From Candidatus Eremiobacteria bacterium (GTDB lineage Bacteria > Vulcanimicrobiota > Vulcanimicrobiia > Vulcanimicrobiales > Vulcanimicrobiaceae): 64,000 nt of DNA. Positions 29,554 through 39,007 of the stretch are shown piece after piece (the stretch's first letter is position 1; each line of letters starts with the position of its first letter). Under the pieces are notes generated by a model. It was not told the DNA's origin, did no database searches, and saw nothing but the letters and a program-made list of their open reading frames with translations. The position numbers and the translations under genes are program-made. Where the stretch lies: positions 320,001 through 384,000 of the forward strand of contig CAVTRC010000002.1 of NCBI GenBank assembly GCA_963737065.1, in the 5' to 3' direction.

Positions 29554-31394
29554 CGTCGATAACGATTAGCTTCTATATCTCGCACGCAATCGCATTTTGG
29601 CTCTTCGTCACCGCATGTTCGTTTGCGTTTTTCCGCGTCGATGACCTGGTCTTCGACGGGATGTTCCTCGTGCTGTGGTTCCGGCGGTGGAATTCGCGCA
29701 AACAGCGCCCCGTTTTCGCGCCCGAATCGTTCGCAGGCGAGGCGCAGAAGCGAATCGCGATCTTCGTCCCATGCTGGCACGAGGACGACGTGGTCGAGCA
29801 CATGATCGAAACGGCGTTGCAAAACATTGACTATGAGCGTTTCGACGTCTTCGTGGGAGTCTATCCGAACGACCCGCCGACCGTTGAGAAAGTGCGCGCG
29901 GCAAGCCGCAAGTATCCGAACGTTCATGCGGTCGTGAACGAAAAAGACGGTCCCACGACCAAGGCACAGAACCTGAACTGCGTCTATCGCGTGATGGAGC
30001 GCATCGAGGGGGACGACCCGTTCGAGATTATCCTCTTGCACGATGTCGAGGATGTCATCCATCCGCTAGAACTTCGTCTCCACAATCATCTGCTTCCGAA
30101 AAACGATATGGTGCAGACGCCGGTGTTTCCGCTCGAACGCCCCATGCGCAAACTATTGGGTTGGACATACGCGGACGAGTTCGCGCGTAATCATCTCAAA
30201 GACATGTTCGTGCGCGAGGGCATCGGCGCATTCGTCCCTTCTGCGGGCGTCGGAACGGCGTTCTCGCGCACGGCGCTCGAACGCTTGTCGCTCTCCGGAC
30301 AATACGTTTTCCCGGAAGGCTCATTGACGGAAGACTATCTGCTCGCGCTGCGTCTTCACCGCTCGGGACTGCGCACGATATTCGTCAATCAGCGGCTTTC
30401 GCCAAACGGCGGCGGCCGTGCCGCCACGGCAACGGCATACGTTGCAACGCGGGAGTTTTTCCCCGATCGTTTTCGTACCGCCGTAAGGCAAAAGGCGCGT
30501 TGGGTTGCGGGCATTTGCTTGCAGGCCTGGAGCGAAATCGGCTGGTGCGGCGACATTTCCACGCGCTACGCGCTGTATCGCGATCGCAAGGGTCTGCTGA
30601 CGAATCTGCTTTCACTCTGGGGCTGGATCGCGATCCTTTTCGCGGGGTTGATGTACGCGTGGCGCGTGTTCGATGAACGCGTGTTCGTGCCGGCATTCGA
30701 CGGCAGCATGTCGACGACACTGCTGCTCGATTTCGTGCTTCTTGCGACGCTCGTGGAAATGCTGCAGACGGCGTGCTTCACGACGTGGGTCTACGGGCCC
30801 GTTTCCGGCACGGTGTCGATGGTGCGCGCTCCGCTTGCCGCATTCGTCAACGGATGGGCAACGATGCGAGCGATTTACATCTTCGCGAAAGCGCGGCTTT
30901 CCAACCGCGCGATGTCGTGGTCGAAGACGCAACACGAGTTTCCGTCGCAGGCAGTCGTTGCGCGTCGCCGGCTCGGTGAGCTCCTCGTCGAACAGACCAT
31001 TTTGTCGGTAGAGACGCTCGAACGCGGTCTGCAAGAACAGCGGCGAGTGGGAACGCCGCTCGGCGAAGCGCTCGTGAGTCTGGGATTCGTCGATGAAATG
31101 AAACTACTCGAAATACTCGCTCAGCAGACGGGAATGTTGATGCTACAACCGCCGGAGGTACGGTGCGACGCGTTGCTGGCGAGCGCATTTACGCACGACG
31201 AACTTTCGGCGATCTGCGCCGTACCCGTGCAGAGAATTTCCGCAAAAGTCATGGTCGCAGCCAGTCGAATGCTAAGCGATTCTGACGTTTCGTTTCTTCG
31301 CGAGCGCCTGGGAAGCGAGATTGTGCTACGTCTCGCCTCGTCGCTTTCAGTAAAGCATGCACTTTTCGGTATGTCGACGTCGGTGAAAATGTGA
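29550..31394 (+). CDS. NfrB-like GT2 glycosyltransferase with C-terminal MshEN domain
   Basis: VGVYPND, GPTTKAQNLN, LHDVED, PSAGVGT, SLTEDY, RQKARW; RLGELLV...LQEQ tandem motif. Confidence 0.88.
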   Translation: MTSITISFYISHAIAFWLFVTACSFAFFRVDDLVFDGMFLVLWFRRWNSRKQRPVFAPESFAGEAQKRIAIFVPCWHEDDVVEHMIETALQNIDYERFDVFVGVYPNDPPTVEKVRAASRKYPNVHAVVNEKDGPTTKAQNLNCVYRVMERIEGDDPFEIILLHDVEDVIHPLELRLHNHLLPKNDMVQTPVFPLERPMRKLLGWTYADEFARNHLKDMFVREGIGAFVPSAGVGTAFSRTALERLSLSGQYVFPEGSLTEDYLLALRLHRSGLRTIFVNQRLSPNGGGRAATATAYVATREFFPDRFRTAVRQKARWVAGICLQAWSEIGWCGDISTRYALYRDRKGLLTNLLSLWGWIAILFAGLMYAWRVFDERVFVPAFDGSMSTTLLLDFVLLATLVEMLQTACFTTWVYGPVSGTVSMVRAPLAAFVNGWATMRAIYIFAKARLSNRAMSWSKTQHEFPSQAVVARRRLGELLVEQTILSVETLERGLQEQRRVGTPLGEALVSLGFVDEMKLLEILAQQTGMLMLQPPEVRCDALLASAFTHDELSAICAVPVQRISAKVMVAASRMLSDSDVSFLRERLGSEIVLRLASSLSVKHALFGMSTSVKM

Positions 31395-31407
31395 TATGGA
31401 GTAAGAT

Positions 31408-32337
31408 ATGGCGTTAGAGATCACGCTTGGTGACTCAGCGCACAGCGCTGTCGGTACGAAAACACCGCTCAAAGGCGTACTGAAGCGCCTATTTTCGCAT
31501 TTGGACGAGCACCGGTGGGTCATCGGTTTTTTTGGACCGGACGGCGATTTGACGGAGCTCTATGTGTCCGACGACGTCGACTTGCCGACTGCGCTGAACA
31601 TTCTGGTCAACGCCGAGAGCGGCGCGCAGCCCATGCGGTTCCGGTGCTCCGCGACGATCGATAAAGCGCACTCGGTCGCGCTCGTCATCGTGGCAGACGA
31701 CGCCGAAGAGCTCGAGTGGCAAAAAGTCATGGCGGCCTCGAAACGCGCACTCGCCTGGATTGCGGATTTCGTACGCGCACGTATCCGCGACGGCCACGGT
31801 GCAGCACTTCAAGGGCAGCATGCGAGTCAACCCGTCGTTTTGATCGTCGACCAAGACATGCGCGTCCACTCCGAGTGGTATCCCGAGACGTTCGGCGACA
31901 CGCACTTTGCCGCATTGCTGCCGCCTGAGGGCCGCGTGCTTCCGGCATTTCTTGCTGCTGCCGTTGCGCGCCTCACCGCCTCATGGGATACCTCGTCGAT
32001 GGAAACGTGCGGCTTTCGGTTCGCACACCCTATTCCGGGCTTGAGCGCGAGCGTATTTCCCGTGAAGTATGACGACGAGGTCAGGATTGCGGTCGTTCTG
32101 CAGCCGGCTGCTACGCGCCGCACGATCGAGGATGCAAGCCTCGAATTTCGATTGTCACGGCGCGAGCGCGAGGTGTTATGTTCGCTCTTCGACGGCTGTT
32201 CCACATCGGAAATTGCGTACCGGTTGAAACTAGCGGAATCGACCGTTCAGGATCACATCAAGCGGATGATCTTCAAAACGCGTTCGCGCAACCGGATCGA
32301 GCTTGCCGCGAAGATCTTCGGCTGGCCGGACATGTGA
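31408..32337 (+). CDS. LuxR-family HTH regulator with unknown N-terminal domain
   Basis: LSRREREVL, EIAYRL.LAESTVQDHIKR, SRNRIEL. Confidence 0.85.
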   Translation: MALEITLGDSAHSAVGTKTPLKGVLKRLFSHLDEHRWVIGFFGPDGDLTELYVSDDVDLPTALNILVNAESGAQPMRFRCSATIDKAHSVALVIVADDAEELEWQKVMAASKRALAWIADFVRARIRDGHGAALQGQHASQPVVLIVDQDMRVHSEWYPETFGDTHFAALLPPEGRVLPAFLAAAVARLTASWDTSSMETCGFRFAHPIPGLSASVFPVKYDDEVRIAVVLQPAATRRTIEDASLEFRLSRREREVLCSLFDGCSTSEIAYRLKLAESTVQDHIKRMIFKTRSRNRIELAAKIFGWPDM

Positions 32338-33002
32338 CGAGATGTGCGTTGCTCTTCGCCGCGCTTGTAACGATAGCGAGCACCGGCCGAGCGCTGCACG
32401 AGACGTGGCGGGAGTTTCCCGCAAACGCCGTATTGTCCGAGCAGGCGCCTTCAGGAAACTGGTTAGCGCGGTTTAGCGGATACGGGCGGATCACGGTTGT
32501 GTCGGATCCGCTTTTCGGCAATGCCCTCGAGCTGGCGCCCAAGCCGGCCGGCGGACAGCCGGAAACGCATGCCGCGCTCGTAACGACGCTCGATTCATTT
32601 GAGGACTTCGACGCCACCGTGCAAATGAACACGCTGCGCCAGTCGAAATCACAACCCGATCCCAGCGACGTGGGGTGGTTTTTGTGGCGGTACAGCGACA
32701 ACAGGCACTTCTACTATTTTTCGCTCAAACCCAACGGCTGGGAGCTGGGCAAAGAAGATCCCGCATACCCGAAGGCCCAGCGCTTCCTCTCCAGCGGCAA
32801 GGAACCGCACCTCGTGCTGGGAACGCCGAATATCGTGCGCGTCGTGCAGCGCAGCGCAACCATTTGGGTCTATGTCGACGGACAAAACGTCACGCAATAC
32901 AGCGACTTAGAACGGCCGTATTTTTTGGGCAGTCTCGGACTCTATTGCGAAGATTCGATCGTGCGCTTCGGATCGGTGAACGTCATCGACACGATGCCCT
33001 GA
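32334..33002 (+). CDS. Exported beta-sandwich (DUF1080/concanavalin-like) protein
   Basis: Signal-like N-terminus; GTG overlaps upstream stop; IWVYVDG, GSLGLYCEDS.VRF. Confidence 0.6.
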   Translation: MTRCALLFAALVTIASTGRALHETWREFPANAVLSEQAPSGNWLARFSGYGRITVVSDPLFGNALELAPKPAGGQPETHAALVTTLDSFEDFDATVQMNTLRQSKSQPDPSDVGWFLWRYSDNRHFYYFSLKPNGWELGKEDPAYPKAQRFLSSGKEPHLVLGTPNIVRVVQRSATIWVYVDGQNVTQYSDLERPYFLGSLGLYCEDSIVRFGSVNVIDTMP

Positions 33003-33389
33003 TTACAGCACCGCCGTAGCCTCGATCTCGACGCGAGCGCCATCCTCGAGCAGCGCCGCTACTTGGACCAGCGACATTGCCGGATAATGCGATTCAAAGA
33101 TCTCCTTATACGCGGTACCGAGTTCGGCCGCCGCCGCAAGATAGTCGTGCTTGTCGACCACGTACCATGTCAGACGAACGATGTTGCTCGGTGCACCGCC
33201 CGCAGCGCGAACGACCGCGACCACGTTTCGCAATGCTTGCACCGCCTGCTCGAGAAACCGGTTCGACACAAGTTCGTTACGCTCGTTCCAACCGATCTGG
33301 CCTGCCACCGCAAGAATAGCGCCTTCGCGAAGAACGCCGTTGCTGTAGCCCTTCGGCCGCGGCCAGTCACTGGGATTGATGCTCGTCAT
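33003..33389 (-). CDS. RidA family protein
   Basis: WPRPKGYSNG, VAGQIGW, YPAMSLVQV, VEIEATAV. Confidence 0.92.
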   Translation of the reverse strand: MTSINPSDWPRPKGYSNGVLREGAILAVAGQIGWNERNELVSNRFLEQAVQALRNVVAVVRAAGGAPSNIVRLTWYVVDKHDYLAAAAELGTAYKEIFESHYPAMSLVQVAALLEDGARVEIEATAVL

Positions 33390-34885
33390 GCGTAGTCGCC
33401 CGCGGTCGTCATATCGGTTCCGCGTGTCAAGCGCAGACGGTCGAAGGCCGGCGTAAGGGCCGCCGAAATTGCGATGTTGAGCGTAAGCGCGTAGAGGGCG
33501 AGAAATCCGGTCACCGGCGTTCCGCCGATGACGACCGTGATGTTCGGTGAAAAGCCGGTTGCCACGCCCATTGCGCTTGCGGCAACGAATCCGCACGCCC
33601 ACCCGATCAGCAATGCTTTCGGATGGAACCAGCGCGTGTACATACCGAATACGAACGACGGAAAGATTTGCAGCATCCACGCACCGCCGAGCAGCTGAAA
33701 ATAGATCGCGTACTGGACCGGAACGGTGAGAACTAACAGCAAGCCGATCGCGCAGAACGCGACCGTTAGCTGTTTCGCCGTTTGCGCTTCACCGGCAACG
33801 CGCGTCGGGGAAAACTGGTTGAACACATTACTCGCAAACAGATTCGCGGAACCAATCGCCATGATCGCCGCTGGAACCAAGGCTCCGATGACGATCGCCG
33901 CCTGCGCGACGCCTGCAAACCAGTCGGGAAAGAATTGCTTGATCAAGATCGGGACGACGCTGCTATTATTCGCCGTCCTGTATCCAGCCGCAAGTGCGCA
34001 GAACCCGAGCAGCGCCAAAAAGCCCAGCAGAAGCGAATACACCGGTAAGAGCGCGGCATTGCGACGAATCACGCCGCGGCTCTTCGCCGCGAGTACGCTC
34101 GTGATCGAGTGCGGATACAGGAACAGCGCGAGCGACGATCCGAACGCCCACGTCGCGTACGCAAAGTACTGCGAGGGCAGCAGCAGAATGCTGCCGGGTT
34201 TTGACTTCGCCGCAAGTGCGCTTTGCGATGCAGCAAAGATGTGCGACCAGCCGCCGAGCCTCGCTGGGATGATCGTAATCGCGGCGATGACGGTAACATA
34301 GATCAGCGTGTCCTTGACAAAGGCAATGAGCGCGGGGGCGCGCAGTCCGCTCGTATACGTATAGGCGGCGAGTAACACGAAGGCGATTGCGAGCGACACG
34401 AAGCCGCCCTGCGCGGCGAAAGCGCCGCCGCGTTGCGCAAACACCGCTTCCATTCCGTCCAATTGCAGCGCGATGTACGGCAGCGCCGCGAGGACGCCCG
34501 TGATCGCAATCGCGATCTCCAACGTGCGATCGCCGAACCGGTCTCGCACGAAGTCCGCGGAAGTAACGTACCCGCGTCGCCGTGCGATGGTCCAAAAGCG
34601 GCTGAGAATCACGAATGCGATGGGATATGCGATCGTGGCGTATGGAACCGCGAAAAATCCAAGCGCGCCAACCCCGTAGACGAGCGCGGGTACCGCGATA
34701 AAGGTGTACGCGGTATAGAGATCACCGCCCAGGAGAAACCACGAGATCACCGTGCCGAAACCTCGCCCACCGAGTGCCCACTCATCGAGCGAGTTCAGCT
34801 GCGCGCCGCGCCATCGTGAGGCAAGAAAACCCATCACCGTGACGCCGAGCACGAGCACGACGAGAATCACGGTCCCGCTAGACAT
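33386..34885 (-). CDS. Sodium:solute symporter (MctP-like monocarboxylate permease)
   Basis: EWALGGRGFG, WFLLGGDLYTAYTFIAVPA, SGLRAPALIAFVKD. Confidence 0.92.
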   Translation of the reverse strand: MSSGTVILVVLVLGVTVMGFLASRWRGAQLNSLDEWALGGRGFGTVISWFLLGGDLYTAYTFIAVPALVYGVGALGFFAVPYATIAYPIAFVILSRFWTIARRRGYVTSADFVRDRFGDRTLEIAIAITGVLAALPYIALQLDGMEAVFAQRGGAFAAQGGFVSLAIAFVLLAAYTYTSGLRAPALIAFVKDTLIYVTVIAAITIIPARLGGWSHIFAASQSALAAKSKPGSILLLPSQYFAYATWAFGSSLALFLYPHSITSVLAAKSRGVIRRNAALLPVYSLLLGFLALLGFCALAAGYRTANNSSVVPILIKQFFPDWFAGVAQAAIVIGALVPAAIMAIGSANLFASNVFNQFSPTRVAGEAQTAKQLTVAFCAIGLLLVLTVPVQYAIYFQLLGGAWMLQIFPSFVFGMYTRWFHPKALLIGWACGFVAASAMGVATGFSPNITVVIGGTPVTGFLALYALTLNIAISAALTPAFDRLRLTRGTDMTTAGDYA

Positions 34886-35069
34886 CGTCGACTCTCCGCG
34901 TCGCCACGACCACGATGCTAAGCAGAATCGACGTAACGATCACCCACAGCAACTGGTACCAGTAGAAAAATGGAAAACCGAAGAGCGCCGGCTGCAGGCG
35001 GTTATAGAGTTGCGGAAACAACTCGGCGACAAACGGCAGCAGCAAAAGCAGGTACCACGCGCGTCTCAT
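34878..35069 (-). CDS. DUF3311 small membrane partner of symporter
   Basis: YNRLQPALFGFPFFYWYQLLW. Confidence 0.9.
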   Translation of the reverse strand: MRRAWYLLLLLPFVAELFPQLYNRLQPALFGFPFFYWYQLLWVIVTSILLSIVVVATRRVDDV

Positions 35070-35080
35070 CGCGTTCGCCT

Positions 35081-36025
35081 TTATCGTTCGAAGGGTAACG
35101 TCCTTTGCGCCCAAATCGCGGTCAGCGAGATGCGTCCCAAGGCGTACGAGACGATCATGCCCGCAAGGCAAATTGCGGCGCCGGTAAGCTCGTAGCGCGC
35201 GAAGGACGCATGCAGGATCGGAATGCTCAAAAGCCCCGCGAGGACCGGTACGAGGAAACTAAAGATCGATGCTCGTCCGGCACCGAGCGCGCTGATTCCA
35301 TAACTCCAAACCGGATACGTCAACAGAATCGGAAACAGCGTTGCGTACATGAGACGCCACCAGACATCCCATGAAATGGCCGCAAAATTGGTGTGAAGCA
35401 GCGCCGGAATTCCGCCGGGTGCGATCATGACCGTGCCGATCGCCATCGTAACGGCGAGTAGTCCGAGCGGCGTGTAGCGGTCCAGCAATTGTGCGCTCAC
35501 GACGTTATAGATCGCGAAAACGATAGCAGCGCCGAGCGTCAATACATCGCCGATGCGAAAGCTCGTCGCGCCCGAAAACGCACCTTCAAACACCGCGATG
35601 CCGAAGAGTGCGATCGCGGCGCCGAGCCAGCGTCCACTTCGAACGCGTTCTTGCCCGAACGCGGCGACGATGACAAGCGTGAAGATCGGCGACATCGCGC
35701 CGAGCAGCGCGGACGCAAACGGCGTCGTGTTCTTCAGTCCGACGATCCACAAATATTGATACACCCCGTATCCGCACGCTCCGCACAGGATCAGCGCACC
35801 GATGTCGCGGCGGTAGATGCGGACGCGCTCGCCGGCGACACGCACGAGCAGAAACGCAAGCGGCGTCATCGCGAGGAAGCGCAGGAACGTAAACGCGAGC
35901 GGATGTATCTGCGCGACCGCTTGTTTCGCAAGTACCGTATTGAGCGCCCACGCCAGCACGACATAGAACAGGCTAAGGTAGAGAAGGAGGCGGCGCGGCA
36001 CGATTCGCCGTTTCGAGGTTGGCAC
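35081..36025 (-). CDS. DMT/EamA family transporter
   Basis: About ten TM helices in two EamA-like halves. Confidence 0.88.
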   Translation of the reverse strand: MPTSKRRIVPRRLLLYLSLFYVVLAWALNTVLAKQAVAQIHPLAFTFLRFLAMTPLAFLLVRVAGERVRIYRRDIGALILCGACGYGVYQYLWIVGLKNTTPFASALLGAMSPIFTLVIVAAFGQERVRSGRWLGAAIALFGIAVFEGAFSGATSFRIGDVLTLGAAIVFAIYNVVSAQLLDRYTPLGLLAVTMAIGTVMIAPGGIPALLHTNFAAISWDVWWRLMYATLFPILLTYPVWSYGISALGAGRASIFSFLVPVLAGLLSIPILHASFARYELTGAAICLAGMIVSYALGRISLTAIWAQRTLPFER

Positions 36026-36321
36026 AACGCTCCATGCGCCTTCATACGGAATCTCCGGCTAAGGCTCGACGCAAACCGCACCGGCAGCGATGACGGGCAG
36101 GGTCGCCGTCGTAGGAAGCGCCGTTGAACCGGCCGGGCACGGGTCTTTAGCGCCGAGACTCCCCTTGCTTTGTCCGGCCGCTCGGTCACCCCTCGGCCGA
36201 TGCAAGCGATGGTCTACCTAGCGAATGATGACCCAGGTAGCAGGAATCGTGCGTTATGGCGCGTCACATGCGCCGTACGCTGGTCTGTTTTGCTACGCAC
36301 GTCGATAAAAAAGGGGCGCAA

Positions 36322-36684
36322 ATGGTTAGCCAACCAAAGGACACGCCGTTCGGGTTAGAACCCAATGTAGCGGCTGGTCTCGCTTATCTGCTGGGGATCA
36401 TCGGCGGTATTGTCATGCTCGTCGGCGGCGGCACGAACAAGTTCGTCAAGTGGGCTGCCTGCCAGTCCATCACGCTCGGAGCGTCGTACATCGCCTTGTG
36501 GATCATCGTGGACATTCTCACGATGATGCACCTCGGGTTTCTATTTCTGCTTTTCCCGATCGTCGCAATTCTGTACTTCGTCGCATGGCTCTGGACCTGG
36601 ATTACCGCGTTTCAAGGCAAAGAAGTACGCGTGCCGGTTATCGCGGATCTGACGCAGCGGTTGTTCGGCGCACAAGTCGCGTAA
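36322..36684 (+). CDS. DUF4870-like small membrane protein
   Basis: GLEPNVAAGLAY, FVKW.A.QS, AFQGK.VRVPVI. Confidence 0.8.
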   Translation: MVSQPKDTPFGLEPNVAAGLAYLLGIIGGIVMLVGGGTNKFVKWAACQSITLGASYIALWIIVDILTMMHLGFLFLLFPIVAILYFVAWLWTWITAFQGKEVRVPVIADLTQRLFGAQVA

Positions 36685-36686
36685 CC

Positions 36687-37343
36687 TTAATGGTCCCACG
36701 GCGGCGCGGCGGTGGAGGGATGCTCGTCGAGCGCGTGCCACACGTCACCCGCAGTTTGCGTCGCCGGATTCCCCCGCTGTTGATAGTCCACGTGAATCAG
36801 CGTCGCGTTCGTTTGCGACGCCCTTCCACCGTCATCGCCTGCGCCGGCGTTCGCGAGCGTATCGAGCGTTGCATCCAATGATCCAACGAGCGCTGCATAC
36901 GGCTCCGTAGCAAAAGTACGAAACATCACGTCGCCCGCTCGTGTCATCATCACGTCGCCGTTCCCGGCGAGCACTTGCGCGGTGAGAGCATACCTGACGC
37001 GCGACTCGTCTACATGCGAATTGCTTTGCATGTAGACCGTGCAGCTCGCATCGGCGCACGTTAGCGGCGTGGAGCCGGGGTTCGGGGTCGCAACCGAAAC
37101 CGTTGCGCGCACGGTGACGGCGCATCCGAGGCTGCTGGCATAGATGCACGTCGCAGTCGGCTGCGGAATCGGTCCGCCCGCCGCCGCCGTTTGCGCCTGA
37201 CGAATCGCGTCGGAAAAGGCCGCGCGAACCGCAGCGTGTTCCCGCACGTGAAAACTCATGCGCGCAAGCGCGGCAGCGCCGAACACGACCGCTTCACCGA
37301 GGACGGCAACGAAGGCAATCAACACGATGACGCGGACGAGCAC
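36687..37343 (-). CDS. Hypothetical protein with N-terminal TM helix (minor pilin-like)
   Basis: Hydrophobic N-terminus, four Cys, follows a prepilin-like gene. Confidence 0.55.
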   Translation of the reverse strand: MLVRVIVLIAFVAVLGEAVVFGAAALARMSFHVREHAAVRAAFSDAIRQAQTAAAGGPIPQPTATCIYASSLGCAVTVRATVSVATPNPGSTPLTCADASCTVYMQSNSHVDESRVRYALTAQVLAGNGDVMMTRAGDVMFRTFATEPYAALVGSLDATLDTLANAGAGDDGGRASQTNATLIHVDYQQRGNPATQTAGDVWHALDEHPSTAAPPWDH

Positions 37344-37349
37344 GCCGCG

Positions 37350-37784
37350 CTACAACGGTGCCGCCGCGGTTTGCGGCGCGACGATTTGCGTTGACGGGAG
37401 GGGAACCGGTTGGGGAACGGTCGTGGTAAGTGTTGCGCGCTCGCTGCGCCCGTCCGCAGTTGCGGCAATCGTAACGGTATACCCGCCCGTTGCAATCGCG
37501 TTCGTCGAGATCGAAAGATGAATCGGAATCGTCGATCCGCCGGGAAACGGTGCGGTCGTCGCGATCGTCGCGGGCGCAACCGAACCGCCTTGATATTTCA
37601 GTACGTCGGCTGCTACGCGGACTTCACGCTGAACGGCCGCGCGAAGCGCTTCGTCGACCGGCGCTGCGCCGAACCGATGCGTCGCCGTTACCAGTCCGGT
37701 GAGCACTGCGGCGACGGCGATGCTTGCAATGGCCGCGCCGATCACGGCGTCTATTAGGCCTTCTCCACGTTCGTTCGGACGCAC
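37350..37784 (-). CDS. Type IV prepilin-like protein
   Basis: MRPNERG|EGLIDAVIGAAIASIAVAAV resembles a class III signal with non-canonical +1/+5 residues. Confidence 0.55.
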   Translation of the reverse strand: MRPNERGEGLIDAVIGAAIASIAVAAVLTGLVTATHRFGAAPVDEALRAAVQREVRVAADVLKYQGGSVAPATIATTAPFPGGSTIPIHLSISTNAIATGGYTVTIAATADGRSERATLTTTVPQPVPLPSTQIVAPQTAAAPL

Positions 37785-37785
37785 G

Positions 37786-38928
37786 TCATACGAAGTGCCC
37801 TGCGGCGTGACGCACGAGACGCGGTTCCGGCATCCGCAACAGCGGCCGTTCGAAGAGATAGGTCACAAGTGCTGCTTCGACGATCGTCGTCGCGAACGCA
37901 GCGATCGTGTATGACACTTGCCACGCGGGATCGAAATGAGGATCGCCATGGTACGGCGGAACGTGCAGCGACATCAGTTCGCGCGCGATCATCTGATGGT
38001 ACAGGTAGAGATTGTAGGAAATGAGCGCGAGGAAACGCAGCGGCCGATTTGCCAACAGCGCCTGCCACCAGCCCGGCGCGCAGAGCGATCCAAATGCGAT
38101 CGCAGCAAACGAAACGCCGTACAACGCTCGGGTGTAGAGCTGGCCCGCGACTTCCCATTGCGGTTCCATGCGATAGTTATAGATCCCGACGAGTAAGCAC
38201 GCGAGCCCGGCCCACCCCGCGAGTGCGACGATCGTCATCACGGGTGCGCCGTCCGATTCACGAACGCGATGACCGTATCGCACGAAGATCAACGCGCAGA
38301 TCATTCCGGACGCAAAGATATCGAGATAGCCGGGCACATTTTCTGCGAGAAGGGGAAACGTCGTCGTGAAACAGCACTGCGCGGCCCACGATCGCCATGC
38401 GACCGCAATCGCCGCCATCGCGGCAGCGCTGACCCACGGTGCGCGCCGAAAGACGAACCACACGAACGGAAAAATCAAGTAGAATTCCACTTCAACGGCG
38501 AGCGTCCACAACACGCCGTTGATCGACCCGTATGTTTGCGGCCACCACGTATGGATGAAGAGCAGATGCGTGATGAGCTCGTGCGCGGGCGACGTGTGTC
38601 CCAAGCGAACCGTCGCTGCGTACCCGATGGCATACGCGATCGCGATCGAGAGTACGTACGACGGTACGATTTTGATGAAGCGTCTATACGCGAAGTGACG
38701 CCATGCCGGTTGCGGCTGGCCGGCAGCCTGCGCCCGCAAGAACGGATACGAGATCACGAATCCGCTCAAAAAGAAGAAGAGGTGCACGCCGATGAAGCCG
38801 GTTTCCGGAATGAATTGCAGCCACGGCAGAGGCGCCGGCAACCATGAAATCTCCCACACGTGGTACCAGAGAACGAGCAGCACCGCGATCCCGCGCAGCC
38901 CGTCCAATACGCCCAGCCGGTCCTTCAT
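37786..38928 (-). CDS. Acyltransferase 3 (OafA-like)
   Basis: LDGLRGIAV, GVHLFFFLSGF, WTLAVEVEFY, ISYNLYLYH, YLFERP. Confidence 0.93.
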   Translation of the reverse strand: MKDRLGVLDGLRGIAVLLVLWYHVWEISWLPAPLPWLQFIPETGFIGVHLFFFLSGFVISYPFLRAQAAGQPQPAWRHFAYRRFIKIVPSYVLSIAIAYAIGYAATVRLGHTSPAHELITHLLFIHTWWPQTYGSINGVLWTLAVEVEFYLIFPFVWFVFRRAPWVSAAAMAAIAVAWRSWAAQCCFTTTFPLLAENVPGYLDIFASGMICALIFVRYGHRVRESDGAPVMTIVALAGWAGLACLLVGIYNYRMEPQWEVAGQLYTRALYGVSFAAIAFGSLCAPGWWQALLANRPLRFLALISYNLYLYHQMIARELMSLHVPPYHGDPHFDPAWQVSYTIAAFATTIVEAALVTYLFERPLLRMPEPRLVRHAAGHFV

Positions 38929-38952
38929 CTCGCGCGGCTTTGTTCTAACCGC

Positions 38953-38994
38953 TTGACACAAAACCTGTTTTTGTATTAGCGTTGTAATACAAAA
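38953..38994 (+). promoter_or_regulatory. Sigma70-type promoter overlapped by palindromic GntR/YtrA-type operator
   Basis: TTGACA at 38953; perfect inverted repeat TTTTGTATTA-N6-TAATACAAAA at 38969-38994. Confidence 0.75.
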
Positions 38995-39007
38995 GCGGAG
39001 GCAAGTT

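Noticed and set aside
36090..36141. ZTP (pfl) riboswitch-like fragments (TGACGGGCA..GGAAGCG..CCGGGCA)
   Set aside because: Pseudoknot complementarity and the CGCCTGGGC core are absent; no purine/folate gene downstream
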